From NCBI GenBank assembly GCA_943356485.1, contig CALRFD010000003.1, positions 7,702 to 71,701 on the forward strand: DNA of 64,000 nt, written 5' to 3'. Source of the stretch: Patescibacteria group bacterium. Its GTDB lineage: Bacteria > Patescibacteriota > Microgenomatia > Daviesbacterales > UBA10151. A program made the position numbers and the translations under genes. Positions 45,950 through 56,145 of this stretch are shown piece by piece. Below the pieces are notes generated by a model. It saw only the letters and a program-made list of their open reading frames with translations, ran no database searches and had not been told where the DNA came from. How positions within the stretch are numbered: position 1 is the first letter of the stretch; every line of letters begins with the position of its first letter.

Positions 45950-46936
45950 TTAGCTTACAACCTTAAAAATTGCAGTGTAGCGCTTGGTTATTTCGATTAA
46001 TTCATTCAATGTTTTTGTTTGCATCATCTTCTCCCTGATCTCAAGTGCGTTTGGAAAATTATTTATGTAGCACTTAACAAACTTTTTCATTAAAGCAAAA
46101 TGTCTTTTATCACCAAAAGTTTTTTTAAATAGAGTCAGGTGCTTTAGAAGCAGTTTAATTTTATCTTTCGGTGTAATAGTTTCCGGATTAACGCTTTCAT
46201 TAAATAACCAGACATTTTGAAAAATTCCTCTACCTATCATAACTCCATCAATTCCATACTTCTGAGCCTTGACTCTTGACTCTTCGATTGACTTTACATC
46301 CCCGTTTCCTATTATTAAACAATCAGGGTTTAGTCTGTTTCTTACCTCAACGACTTTTGCTATTTCTTCCCAGTGGGCCGGAGGCTTTGACATCTCGGCA
46401 ACAGTCCGAAGGTGCAAAGTTAGCGCGGCAATAGGGGTTTGTAAAAGTGTAGTTACCCAGCCTTCGGTATCTATTGATCCAAAACCAATCCTGGTTTTGA
46501 CACTGACTGGTAGACCACAAGCTCCTTTAATTGTAGCTAGAATAATCTTTTGAGCTAATTTAGGGTTTTTAATTAAAGCAGAACAGCCGCCTTGCCTGAG
46601 CGTTGTTTTGACCGGACAGCCCATATTGATATCGATCCCATCAAAGCCTAAATCAGCCACCACTTTGGCGGCTTTTTTAAAGTGCTCAGGGTTACTGCCC
46701 CAAATTTGGGCTACAATTGGTCTTTCTCTTTGGCTAAATCTTAAGCCTTTATCGATAATTTTTTGACTTGATTTTGAGAGTATGGCATCGATTGGTACAA
46801 ATTCAGTAAAAAATACATCCGGCTTACCTACAGATGTGACGATCTGTCGAAACACCATATCTGTCACCCCATCCATCGGGGCTAAAATCATTATTGGTTT
46901 ACCAGTCTTTGGTTGAAATTTTTTCCAGAAATTCAT
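45950..46936 (-). CDS. dus: tRNA-dihydrouridine synthase
   Basis: LAPMDGVTD, DINMGCP, SVKTRIG, GNGDV, MIGRG. Confidence 0.93.
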   Translation of the reverse strand: MNFWKKFQPKTGKPIMILAPMDGVTDMVFRQIVTSVGKPDVFFTEFVPIDAILSKSSQKIIDKGLRFSQRERPIVAQIWGSNPEHFKKAAKVVADLGFDGIDINMGCPVKTTLRQGGCSALIKNPKLAQKIILATIKGACGLPVSVKTRIGFGSIDTEGWVTTLLQTPIAALTLHLRTVAEMSKPPAHWEEIAKVVEVRNRLNPDCLIIGNGDVKSIEESRVKAQKYGIDGVMIGRGIFQNVWLFNESVNPETITPKDKIKLLLKHLTLFKKTFGDKRHFALMKKFVKCYINNFPNALEIREKMMQTKTLNELIEITKRYTAIFKVVS

Positions 46937-46967
46937 AAAGCTTAAGTATACTTCTTCAGCAGGTTTA

Positions 46968-48200
46968 CTAAAAGTTATCGATTACTTTGTTTCTTGGATT
47001 ATATCTGGCTAGTCTTGCTGATTTAATATTTTGAATCATCTGATCCACATATTTTTCCTTGTAGTCATGTAAAAGTAAAGCCGGCTCTAGCGAATAAGCA
47101 ACCTGAGCATTTTTTTGTCCAGTAAGAAGCATCATCATGTCTGAGCGGAATTTAGCAATTCCTCTTTCAGGAACCCTACAAAATTCAGCAACATTAGTTG
47201 GGATTTTCTCTAAAAAATTGCTCGGAAGTACATTTGATAACTTGTCTGCCAGAAGGTTTGTTAAGTATGAATAACTCATTATTTCCTGATCTATCCCATC
47301 TGCAAATTCCCACCTTGAACGTAAATCTTCTAAACTACGTTCGTTAAGACCATCCCGAGTAAGTAATTCGTTCACCAATTTTGTTTTTTCCGGGCGTTCC
47401 TTTTTACTAAACTCTGGATCTTGTGCCAATGCAGCATGTGTTACCAGATTCAGCCAGGATAGGTAACCTAGGTACTGTAGATATTGATGCTTACTTTCTA
47501 TCTGAGATGCAATACCAACAAACTGGGCTAATCTTTCCTGTGGGATACCTTTAGAATGGGCAAACTCGTGGGCGATTGCTTCCGGATATTTATCTGTTGT
47601 AAACACTACTTCCTGAAAAAATGGATTAAAAAAACCGATTGCATGAGTTCTCCATAACATTAGCCTGGGAATAAAGGAACGTTGAACCCGGTTCGTAGAA
47701 TCAATTTTTACTCCTTCATGTTTAAGAGTAAAATCGTCTACGGCCTGCTTTGCTAAAGGTGTCGTATCCTGAAAACTTAAGGCTTTTATCATCCTTCTTT
47801 TATTTAACTGATCCACCAGAAAATCTATTTCCGCTCCAGCGTTAAATCTAGCTGGTTGAACCCCCATCTTTTTATCAATACCTGTCCTAAAAAAGTTTCC
47901 CAGGACGCTTGTAAATAAAAAAGCTGCGCTTAAACCCATCTTGGCTGAGACAGACAGAATATCTTCTGGACTTGCTAATTGAGTACCGCCATTCATAAAT
48001 TGTTCCCCAATTGTATATAAGGAATTGATAGTATTTATGGCAATAATTTCTTCAAAATAAACCATTATTGGAGATAATAAATTAGAGGCTCCTGGTACAG
48101 TGTCTGTTATTGCTGATACAGTCCTGGCAAAGTGCGGGTAAACGTATTCGTAATTAAGATCTGCGAGCTTTGTGACTCCTTTTCTAATCTCTTCTTTCAT
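46968..48200 (-). CDS. Zincin-like protein (DUF3810-like)
   Basis: GFFNPFFQE...AHEFAHSKG..E. Confidence 0.6.
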   Translation of the reverse strand: MKEEIRKGVTKLADLNYEYVYPHFARTVSAITDTVPGASNLLSPIMVYFEEIIAINTINSLYTIGEQFMNGGTQLASPEDILSVSAKMGLSAAFLFTSVLGNFFRTGIDKKMGVQPARFNAGAEIDFLVDQLNKRRMIKALSFQDTTPLAKQAVDDFTLKHEGVKIDSTNRVQRSFIPRLMLWRTHAIGFFNPFFQEVVFTTDKYPEAIAHEFAHSKGIPQERLAQFVGIASQIESKHQYLQYLGYLSWLNLVTHAALAQDPEFSKKERPEKTKLVNELLTRDGLNERSLEDLRSRWEFADGIDQEIMSYSYLTNLLADKLSNVLPSNFLEKIPTNVAEFCRVPERGIAKFRSDMMMLLTGQKNAQVAYSLEPALLLHDYKEKYVDQMIQNIKSARLARYNPRNKVIDNF

Positions 48201-48296
48201 AGCAGTAGATTATAACAGAGAAAGGAAAATTATCAACCCATAGTATCAAACTAGATACCTAGCCTAACTTAACCCGGTGCTAGTATAATATTACAT

Positions 48297-48593
48297 ATGG
48301 CTGCTAAATATCTGCAACTCTTTCACCAAATGCTTAAAGAAAACGAGAAAGAATTATCAGAGTTTAAACTTCTTCACGATAAATATGAGTCTGACCCAAA
48401 GGCCTTTCAGGATGAATATAATAGAGAGGGAGAGAAATTCCTGGAAATAATACAGAAATACGAGAACATGCTTACCTCACATACAGAAAACGCCGGTTTT
48501 GGTAAATATGCCGCTAATCTATCTGATAAATTCCGCTTGGCTGTAAAACAGCTTTTTCCAAAGCTGGATTTTATTGGAATACAAAGAATGTAG
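48297..48593 (+). CDS. Hypothetical protein
   Basis: 98-aa helical ORF with TATAAT promoter. Confidence 0.6.
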   Translation: MAAKYLQLFHQMLKENEKELSEFKLLHDKYESDPKAFQDEYNREGEKFLEIIQKYENMLTSHTENAGFGKYAANLSDKFRLAVKQLFPKLDFIGIQRM

Positions 48594-48595
48594 AA

Positions 48596-49144
48596 CTAAA
48601 GGGATCTTAAATATTTGTTGACCTGTGTTAGGGTATCCGGATCAGTTGCAGGGTGGGTTAGCACAACCACGCTTTGCAAGGAGCGTAGCCATCTTATTTT
48701 CCCTGCTCTTTTTGAAAAAGGCTTTTTGTAAACCATAAGTATTCCTGCTTCATCCTCTGAGGCTGGAATTGCGGATATTAACTTATGCGACTGCGGTAAT
48801 TCTCCTGTATTCCTAACTTCGGGTGAATAGACGCCAAACTTTACAATATTCTCCATGGCTTCTACAAAGGTTACAACAGGTGTAGATGACCAGTGATGGG
48901 TAAGAGCTAAGAAAAAAGGTCTCCTGGTACCAATCAATAAGATTTCTGAATCAGGCTCAGATGCCTGTTTTATTAGACCTGAGACGGCCTCATTTGCCGG
49001 AATCTTAAACCTCAAACTTGCAGACATATAATCCCTAAGCCGGGTTTCAACCTCTGATTGAGTATTGTCATCCTCCAAAAAATTTATTATCTGAGGGTGG
49101 ATCCCAACAGATGTTAATTCGAATTCTGTTTTTAAGCCATTCAT
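48596..49144 (-). CDS. Hypothetical protein
   Basis: 182-aa ORF; TATAAT just upstream. Confidence 0.55.
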   Translation of the reverse strand: MNGLKTEFELTSVGIHPQIINFLEDDNTQSEVETRLRDYMSASLRFKIPANEAVSGLIKQASEPDSEILLIGTRRPFFLALTHHWSSTPVVTFVEAMENIVKFGVYSPEVRNTGELPQSHKLISAIPASEDEAGILMVYKKPFSKRAGKIRWLRSLQSVVVLTHPATDPDTLTQVNKYLRSL

Positions 49145-49241
49145 ATAGTAAGCTATTATAGGCCTAATTCCTTAAAAAAACAAGCATACTTATCAGACTC
49201 TTGTTTTAGGACTTTGTTTATGAAATAGTGATATAAAGCCT

Positions 49242-50219
49242 ATGGAAATTCTGGGGAAAATATTTAAAAAAGATGCAAAGACCTTTATTTCCGATTTTAC
49301 CCAGCATCTTATATATTCCCTTTTTATAGTGGCTCTGGCATCTTTTTTTACATTCTTTCTATTAAAAAAAGTGTTTAATCAAACTATCAATGATATTAGG
49401 CTAGATAATACGATCAGTGTGGTGAATAGTAAGAAAATAACCGGGATGCCTGTTTCTGATGGGGATTTATATACAGAAAGAGGCAGCCCATATGATAATC
49501 GAACAGTAGATGGGGCGACTGAAAGCGCCAAAGTTATTTTTCATGGCTCCAGGGATAAAAAGAAAATCGCGATCACTTTTGATGCCGAAATGACAGATGG
49601 TATGAAAGCCGCACTTTTATCGGGTAAAACCAAAAGCTCATATGATAAAAGGGTGACTGATATTTTAATTAAAACAAAAACTAAGGCAACCTTGTTTTTA
49701 ACCGGAATGTGGATTGAGCTGTATCCAAAAGACACGAAAGAGTTAGGAGCCAATCCGCTTTTTGAGCTAGGAAGCCATTCTTTTACAGACAGCTCTTATC
49801 ATGGTTTTTGCTACGGCTTAAAGCAGATTCCGCACACCCTGGCAATTGAAGAAATCGGCGCAACAGAAAAGCTTCTTCGGGAGCATGGTGGGATTGATAA
49901 CCGCTTATTCAGGTTTCCGGGGGGTTGCTACACTCCGGAGGATGTAAGGCTAGTTAATGAGGCGAACGATACGGTAGTACATTGGGATGTGGTTGGGGCT
50001 GATGGCTTTAATGAAAATGTATCGCAAATTGTCAGAAATGTTGTTGACAATACACAAAACGGCTCAATCATTGTTTTGCACATGAACGGAGCACCAACCG
50101 CTCCAAAAACAGCTGATGCTTTGCCCGAGATAATTTCTAAACTTAAGGCTAAGGGGTTTGAATTTGTTAAAGTATCAGAATTGCTAAATTTACCTCCAGA
50201 GCCGGCAGGGGGAAATTAA
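49242..50219 (+). CDS. Polysaccharide deacetylase (CE4)
   Basis: IAITFDA, ELGSHS, LFRFPGG, WDV, GSIIVLH. Confidence 0.88.
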   Translation: MEILGKIFKKDAKTFISDFTQHLIYSLFIVALASFFTFFLLKKVFNQTINDIRLDNTISVVNSKKITGMPVSDGDLYTERGSPYDNRTVDGATESAKVIFHGSRDKKKIAITFDAEMTDGMKAALLSGKTKSSYDKRVTDILIKTKTKATLFLTGMWIELYPKDTKELGANPLFELGSHSFTDSSYHGFCYGLKQIPHTLAIEEIGATEKLLREHGGIDNRLFRFPGGCYTPEDVRLVNEANDTVVHWDVVGADGFNENVSQIVRNVVDNTQNGSIIVLHMNGAPTAPKTADALPEIISKLKAKGFEFVKVSELLNLPPEPAGGN

Positions 50220-50223
50220 TAGT

Positions 50224-50688
50224 TCATTTTTTCTTCTCAAATGCTTCCATTTTCTTAAGAATTTGTAATATAAGCTGCTGTTGATTTTCCAGATGAAGCA
50301 AAATTGTCTCGATTTCTTTTTCTGCTTTGGTGTCAGTTTCAAAGTCATGCTGGGCTCTTAGTTCTGCATGTTTTGCCTGGATATTTTGACCTACCATAAT
50401 TAAAGGCATGAGATGAATTTGGATCAGGTTTCAAATAAATAGCCAGAGTACAAACGCAGGGAAAGGGTCAAAACGTAAATTAACAGGAGCAAACATATTC
50501 CAAAGCAACCAGGAAAAAGTCCATCCGGCAATAATAAAGAAAAATCCCATAGTACCTATCTTATTGGTTACCTGCAGAGCTAATTTATCCATCCCGGAAA
50601 GCTTTGACCGATGAATTTTATTAGTATCCTGCGGAGGGGTAAAGTTTTTCTTAAGGCTTTCCAGAGACTGCATGTTTAAATCCGGCAT
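50224..50688 (-). pseudogene. DUF1003 membrane protein interrupted by an in-frame TGA
   Basis: FDPFPAFVLWLFI*NLIQIHLMPLIMVGQN; both ORFs are in the same frame. Confidence 0.75.
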
Positions 50689-50808
50689 TTTTTAAGTATA
50701 TCAAAAATGTTTGAGGTTTAATACGCCATATTATAACCAGATATGGTATAATTACCCACAAAATTACGGAAATGACCTTCCGTTTTTTAGAAAGTGTAAA
50801 AAAATATA

Positions 50809-51459
50809 ATGAAAGAAAAAGATCTAGTTTGTATTGAGTTTTCCTTAGGTATAAATATTCGTGGAAAAATTCCTTATCCATTTTTTAATTTCGAAATGAG
50901 AGGTGATACAAAATGTGAGGCAGTGGAGCGGTTTTCTCTTATTGATAACCGACTAAGAATGACTGAGGTTTTGGGATTAACCCCTGCCAGAACAGACCTG
51001 CTTAATCTTTATTTTATGTCAGGAGTCGCAAGGAGGGGTCCTTCAAAATTCGTTGCTTACTTGCAAAATCCTTTATTAATGTCAATGGCAGACAAGCCTA
51101 TTATTGGCCGGCTAATTTCTGGGATGCAAAATGTTCTGGATGATTATCATGATCTGTCGGTTGATTTAGAAGAAACAGCAGACCGCTGGGGATTACTAAT
51201 GCAGGAGAGTAGCGATATGAATTATAGAACCTTCATAGAAAAAGCCATGGAGGAAGAGGAGGATGAGGACTTTAAGGATTTGCTGGACGAAAAATTACTA
51301 GACGGTGAGCAACCAGAAATATTATCTACACCAGTCGGAGACCCAAGAGGCATTAAGAATATTGCACACTTGCTCTCGTCTATTTATTTAGATCCATATG
51401 CTACAGAGCAGGATATAGCCAATGTTTTAAGAAGTACAGCAATTAGATTTTTAAAGTAA
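50809..51459 (+). CDS. Hypothetical protein
   Basis: 216-aa ORF. Confidence 0.55.
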   Translation: MKEKDLVCIEFSLGINIRGKIPYPFFNFEMRGDTKCEAVERFSLIDNRLRMTEVLGLTPARTDLLNLYFMSGVARRGPSKFVAYLQNPLLMSMADKPIIGRLISGMQNVLDDYHDLSVDLEETADRWGLLMQESSDMNYRTFIEKAMEEEEDEDFKDLLDEKLLDGEQPEILSTPVGDPRGIKNIAHLLSSIYLDPYATEQDIANVLRSTAIRFLK

Positions 51460-51525
51460 GCCTCATTATTAGTGGTCGCAAATCCAAAGGGTATAAAAGA
51501 CATCATTGATTAGTGTGAGAATTTT

Positions 51526-52431
51526 TTATCCGGAAATAGAAGAAACATATTCCATTGGATCAAATAATTGTCTTAGATGGGTTGGTGGATTCTTTATCAA
51601 CAATGGTAATGCTAGAGAGACATAGAGTCCTGAACCGATCAGGTAATCCATAACTATATCTACAAAATTAGGACCCCAATTAATAGGTGTACGGGAGTAA
51701 GATAATACTCCAGAGTTTTTATGTCCTTCCTCCAATAGTCTTTGCTTTTTACTCATATTATTTTCATTTAAGACTTGCTGATAAAGTCTAAGTGAATTAA
51801 TAGCAAATTGCTCAAGTCCTATTAGATAGCTTTTGTAGCTATTTAACAGATAGGGGGCATTAGGTATTCCCTGAGCAAATTTTACCCTTCTTTGTATATC
51901 AGGGTCTTGGCCTCTTGACCTGTAAGATCTATCTATCACTTCAGATTTTCCCCACTCTGCAATTCCTTCATCAAATATACGCACAGTCATGTACTCTTCA
52001 ATTAACGTTAAGGCGCAGTGGCTATCAGCTGCTTGCTCAGCATAAAAAAGCTCACTAAAAGCCTGAGCTGCTTTTACTAGCCCGGGATTAGTTTGATACG
52101 TAAAAGCATGAATGTTTTCGTGTATTTCAGCCGCTTCTGAATGGAAATCATGAAGGTTGACAAGGTAGATATTATCCTCGGGAAAATACCGTCCACCTAC
52201 TTCTAATTGTCCCCTAAGTAAATCACTGTTCGACCTAGCAAGTTGCGTGTCAGGGAAGAAAAGAGTCATAAGCAATCGGTTAGGCAAGTTTAGCTCAATT
52301 TTAACAGGAGGTTGTGAAAATTTAATTCCTAATGTGTCTTCCACCATTTTTGCAACAGTATTGGGAGAAGTCGTGATTAATTTTAATGCAGCTTTTTGCC
52401 CAAATGTTTTTCCATCAAAAAACTTTTCCAT
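51526..52431 (-). CDS. Putative zinc metallopeptidase
   Basis: IHENIH...FDEGIAEW gluzincin-like motifs. Confidence 0.55.
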   Translation of the reverse strand: MEKFFDGKTFGQKAALKLITTSPNTVAKMVEDTLGIKFSQPPVKIELNLPNRLLMTLFFPDTQLARSNSDLLRGQLEVGGRYFPEDNIYLVNLHDFHSEAAEIHENIHAFTYQTNPGLVKAAQAFSELFYAEQAADSHCALTLIEEYMTVRIFDEGIAEWGKSEVIDRSYRSRGQDPDIQRRVKFAQGIPNAPYLLNSYKSYLIGLEQFAINSLRLYQQVLNENNMSKKQRLLEEGHKNSGVLSYSRTPINWGPNFVDIVMDYLIGSGLYVSLALPLLIKNPPTHLRQLFDPMEYVSSISG

Positions 52432-52529
52432 AGTGATATTATACTAAAAAGATATCCTATAGTCAAATCAACTTCGCCTTAAGCCTTCTATTTACTTTAA
52501 GTGAGTAAAGTGATTTAATGTAGAAAGTT

Positions 52530-52943
52530 ATGTCAGTAGACAATCCTCAATTTGAAGGCCATACCGAAGAATATGCTCATACTCCGGAAGGTCAAGTACA
52601 GGCTAGCATTAGTCCTCCAACTTATTTCCAGGAATTAAAAAATTCTCTTACTGAAATCACGGCGGCTTTTGTAACCCCTCCTCCTTCCAGTTTAAGAGGA
52701 TTTGCTGCTTATATGGTACGTGATATCCCTTCAATAGCCTTAACTGCCGGTATGATAATCGGAGAAATTCCGGTTTTTGATTTAATTAACAGAACTCTTG
52801 ATTTAACTAATCCTGCAATAGTTAATTTTGAATATCTATCAATTCCTCTTTCTGTTTTTCCAATAGGTGTGCTAGCTGATAGATTAACCAGGAGATTAAG
52901 ACAGAGAATTGATTACTTGATCAATCCAAATCAACAAAAATAG
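52530..52943 (+). CDS. Hypothetical membrane protein
   Basis: 137 aa with two hydrophobic segments. Confidence 0.5.
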   Translation: MSVDNPQFEGHTEEYAHTPEGQVQASISPPTYFQELKNSLTEITAAFVTPPPSSLRGFAAYMVRDIPSIALTAGMIIGEIPVFDLINRTLDLTNPAIVNFEYLSIPLSVFPIGVLADRLTRRLRQRIDYLINPNQQK

Positions 52944-52981
52944 TATTTTCTTGAATACATATGCTATTATTAAGTAGGTAT

Positions 52982-53572
52982 ATGGCTAATAGTGAGTTAG
53001 GACAGCTATCTGGTATAAGAGAACTTACTTTAAACGACGTCACCGATTTACAAGTGGTTGCAGAAATATTAAATGACCCTGTAAATGCCATTCATTTTAC
53101 TGAAAGCGCTAAAGGGATTGAGGATTTACAACAATTAGTACAAAACCCTAATTACCATTTATTGGGAGCATATAATCTAGACCGAGAGATAGTTGGAACA
53201 CTCTCTGTGGTTGATGAATCTAGAGACGTCAATACTTATCTAATAGAAAAGACAGCTATACGCTCTGATATCCAAAATAGAGGTTTAGGTCGGGAGATGA
53301 TTGAAAAGGGAATTAAGTGGGCATTTGAGACTCCAACTAACCAAGAAAGAATGCGAAAAATATTAGTTCTATGGGTGCAAGAGGATTTGCCGGGATGGGA
53401 GAGAATGCAGGCTATAGTCTATCAAACTGGATTTTTGCAAGTGGTTAGAGAGCCTGATTTAGTAGTCAAGACAATTGATGGAATAGAAGTGGAAAAGCCC
53501 TCCGCGCGTTACCACCTTAGGCGTGAGCGATACGAAGAATTATCTATAAAAGGAAAATATAGAACTATTTAG
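52982..53572 (+). CDS. GNAT family acetyltransferase
   Basis: IVGTL...AIRSDIQNRGLGREMI motif A. Confidence 0.75.
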   Translation: MANSELGQLSGIRELTLNDVTDLQVVAEILNDPVNAIHFTESAKGIEDLQQLVQNPNYHLLGAYNLDREIVGTLSVVDESRDVNTYLIEKTAIRSDIQNRGLGREMIEKGIKWAFETPTNQERMRKILVLWVQEDLPGWERMQAIVYQTGFLQVVREPDLVVKTIDGIEVEKPSARYHLRRERYEELSIKGKYRTI

Positions 53573-53625
53573 CCAGAGCTGGTTAAAATTACTAATTCTC
53601 TTTCCATTAAAAGCAATTCTGGCGA

Positions 53626-54837
53626 TCAACTTTTAGATATAGGTAAAGCGATAATCTGTCTTGCTCCAACTGTATCTGTCCTGTTTTGTAAGAAAACTGC
53701 TCCGCCGTAGCCTTCTTCGATATATCTTTGATGGGCACTCATACCTCTCCCTGTTCCAGAAACTATCTGATTGCTACTATCTTTAAAACCAGAATGTCCC
53801 CTTTGGTACCCATTTTTTAGATGATCATCATCAAATCCAATTGCATTATCTTCAACAATAATTAATAAATATTTTCGACCTGGATTGAGCACTTGCTTTT
53901 GATCCTCAGGAATAATTTGATCATCATCTTCTAATTTAGTAAACCTGACTGTAACCTGATTAGATTCACCGGTTTGGAGACTATACCCCTTTTTTAAAGC
54001 GAAAGCCTTTAGCGCGTTTGAGGCTAGGTTTTTAATAAGGGGCTTTAAGATAAATCTGGCATAATCTATGTCTAGATTGTTTAAATAATCATCCAATTCT
54101 TCTACCTCAAGCACTATACCTTGTTTTTCCAAATCACGCCTTAAATTTGCTTTAAATGCAGCGGCCAGGTACTCTGTCGAAACCTCTTCTTTAAAGAACT
54201 TCTCCCTTAAAATAAGGGGTGTTGTTTCATTAAGGTAAATATTTAGGGAATCCATAGATTCCCTAAGAAGATGAATGTTTTCTGCATCTGTTTCAGGAGT
54301 TGTAGTGCCGTTTTGACTGTCAGATTTCATAAAATCTATATTTGCCAATCCAACTAATGGATTTCCCAAATCATGGTGCACCATATTAGTTAACTTATCT
54401 ATGGCTAGATATAAATCATCAGGATCTTTTATTGTTAACTCAAGAGGAATAAGTCCTAAGGCTTTAAACTTCTTATTAATCGATCTCGCCTGAGCAGTTT
54501 GATGGATAGAGGCAATAGCTTCTCTCCTTTTTAAGTCTGCAACTGACCCTGTGGGTGGAATCTTTGTTTCAAATAACCCCATCTGATCGTAAATTAGTCT
54601 GAATTCATCCATCTCTGGTTCAAGTTGAAGATAGTCGTTCGTAGAACCGGAAATTGCCAGTGTACTAAAGCCTTTTTCAGCTATTGTTGTTCGATAGATA
54701 TTAAGAGCTTCCAGCATCGAATTAATATTCTCTGCAATGGGTTTTTGTTCCTTTGACAAGGCAATCTCTATGTTAAGATAAAGATATGGCCTGTCAATTA
54801 TTATTTCTGATTCAGGAACCAAGTCTGAACTAACCAT
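53626..54837 (-). CDS. Soluble sensor histidine kinase
   Basis: H-box HHDLGNPL, N-box NLASNALK, EDNAIGF, GTGRGM. Confidence 0.8.
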   Translation of the reverse strand: MVSSDLVPESEIIIDRPYLYLNIEIALSKEQKPIAENINSMLEALNIYRTTIAEKGFSTLAISGSTNDYLQLEPEMDEFRLIYDQMGLFETKIPPTGSVADLKRREAIASIHQTAQARSINKKFKALGLIPLELTIKDPDDLYLAIDKLTNMVHHDLGNPLVGLANIDFMKSDSQNGTTTPETDAENIHLLRESMDSLNIYLNETTPLILREKFFKEEVSTEYLAAAFKANLRRDLEKQGIVLEVEELDDYLNNLDIDYARFILKPLIKNLASNALKAFALKKGYSLQTGESNQVTVRFTKLEDDDQIIPEDQKQVLNPGRKYLLIIVEDNAIGFDDDHLKNGYQRGHSGFKDSSNQIVSGTGRGMSAHQRYIEEGYGGAVFLQNRTDTVGARQIIALPISKS

Positions 54838-55246
54838 TTTGTTTAAGTATAGCCTTTATTTTAGCTTCGAGCCCTTTCATATCAGGTTTCATTACATAAC
54901 TATTTGCACCCTGATCAATATAGTGTATGCTACCTGAAGAATTACGGTTAGCCGTAAAAACTATGACAGGAGTTTTCTTAAAAGGAGAATCCTCACGCCT
55001 CATCCGTTCTAATAAGGACTCTACAAACCCATCCGGAAATTCAGTATCCAGAATAACTACTTTTGGTGGCAGTATTGGTTGCGAAAAAAGCATTTCCTTT
55101 GCTTCATTTAGCTTTTTGGCAACTCCTATTTGACCGGGTGTTATTCCTCCAAGTCCTAGGATAACGGCTCTTATCGCCATTGAGCTAAGCCTATTATTAT
55201 CAACTATCAACACTTTTAAGTCTTCCCTACGTTCCGGCATTGTCAT
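54830..55246 (-). CDS. Single-domain response regulator
   Basis: LIVDNN, ILDTEFPDG, VFTA, YVMKP. Confidence 0.85.
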   Translation of the reverse strand: MTMPERREDLKVLIVDNNRLSSMAIRAVILGLGGITPGQIGVAKKLNEAKEMLFSQPILPPKVVILDTEFPDGFVESLLERMRREDSPFKKTPVIVFTANRNSSGSIHYIDQGANSYVMKPDMKGLEAKIKAILKQNG

Positions 55247-55383
55247 AGAAATTTGTTTATTTAATCTTACAGGGAAAACCTAGTCAATTGCTAGTCTCTG
55301 ATCAATATCTCTATATGGTTCCAGATTATTCATCCAGATATATAATATGCTGAATTAAAAAGATGTCAAACTATATGGTCTAA

Positions 55384-55418
55384 TGGGTGGGCAGATGAGT
55401 TTTCCAGGTGTTGTGCTA
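55384..55418 (+). repeat. Cassette-boundary hairpin repeat R1 (degenerate)
   Basis: TGGGTGGGCAGAT...TTGTGCTA. Confidence 0.55.
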
Positions 55419-55428
55419 GAATATAAAA

Positions 55429-55767
55429 GTGATAATTACAAAATCTGAGCCTTTTACCCCAGATGAAATTGAAAAACTCAAAGAGGTGTTTGATGTTTAT
55501 ATTAAAACTGTAATTGATGTTCAAAAAAGGATCTGTACTGCGGGAATGGATAGACATTTTGAGGGGGAGAAAATCTTGCTAGAACAGGGTTCGAAGCAGT
55601 CAAGCATTTGGGGTGGGGGAGTAGATTTAGAAACAAAATCTGTAGATTTTAACTCTTTTATCAATATCCGGCCAAATGACAATAATACCAGCAACGAAAT
55701 TCAGGATGCTGAGATAAGAAAAGTCTACGAGGAGATAACCAGATTTTTCTTTAAGGAGGTCCTGTGA
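55429..55767 (+). CDS. DUF5674 family protein
   Basis: YIKTVIDV...H..GE.ILLEQGSKQSSIWGG...SFINIRP. Confidence 0.75.
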   Translation: MIITKSEPFTPDEIEKLKEVFDVYIKTVIDVQKRICTAGMDRHFEGEKILLEQGSKQSSIWGGGVDLETKSVDFNSFINIRPNDNNTSNEIQDAEIRKVYEEITRFFFKEVL

Positions 55768-56033
55768 GCCAAAAAATCATCATTGAGTCATTGGCAATGG
55801 ATCTAAAAAGGGTGGCGTTGGGTTTACACAGAGGATCATTGGCAGTGGCAGAGAGGTTTAAGGAGGAGGCGGTCAAAAGGTCACAGGAGCTTGAAAAAAA
55901 TGATAGTCAGTATCTAACTAACCTGGTGGATAAAATGAGGGAGTGTTTAGCTCTGAATAGTGATAGATCTGCAGAAGATGCGTTAATGTATAGTATTTTA
56001 TTCCAAAACTACAGTTTGAAAAAGTATAAATAA
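55764..56033 (+). CDS. Small helical hypothetical protein coupled to the DUF5674 gene
   Basis: GTGA start/stop overlap. Confidence 0.65.
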   Translation: MSQKIIIESLAMDLKRVALGLHRGSLAVAERFKEEAVKRSQELEKNDSQYLTNLVDKMRECLALNSDRSAEDALMYSILFQNYSLKKYK

Positions 56034-56091
56034 GGGGTGGGTGGGCAGATTATAATCCTGAGCAGGGCCTAAGGACTTAGTTTGTACTCAG
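56034..56091 (+). repeat. Cassette-boundary hairpin repeat R2
   Basis: GGGGTGGGTGGGCAGATTATAATCCTGAGCAGGGCCTAAGGACTTAGTTTGTACTCAG. Confidence 0.9.
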
Positions 56092-56145
56092 TTGCAGGAA
56101 TTTAAACCCTTATTTATTATTCCTAACTATGCTACATTCTAGACT

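Noticed and set aside
50431-50433. TGA recoding (genetic code 25 or selenocysteine)
   Set aside because: TGA terminates many intact genes here (for example 17548, 32570, 41858) and long ORFs are uninterrupted under code 11.
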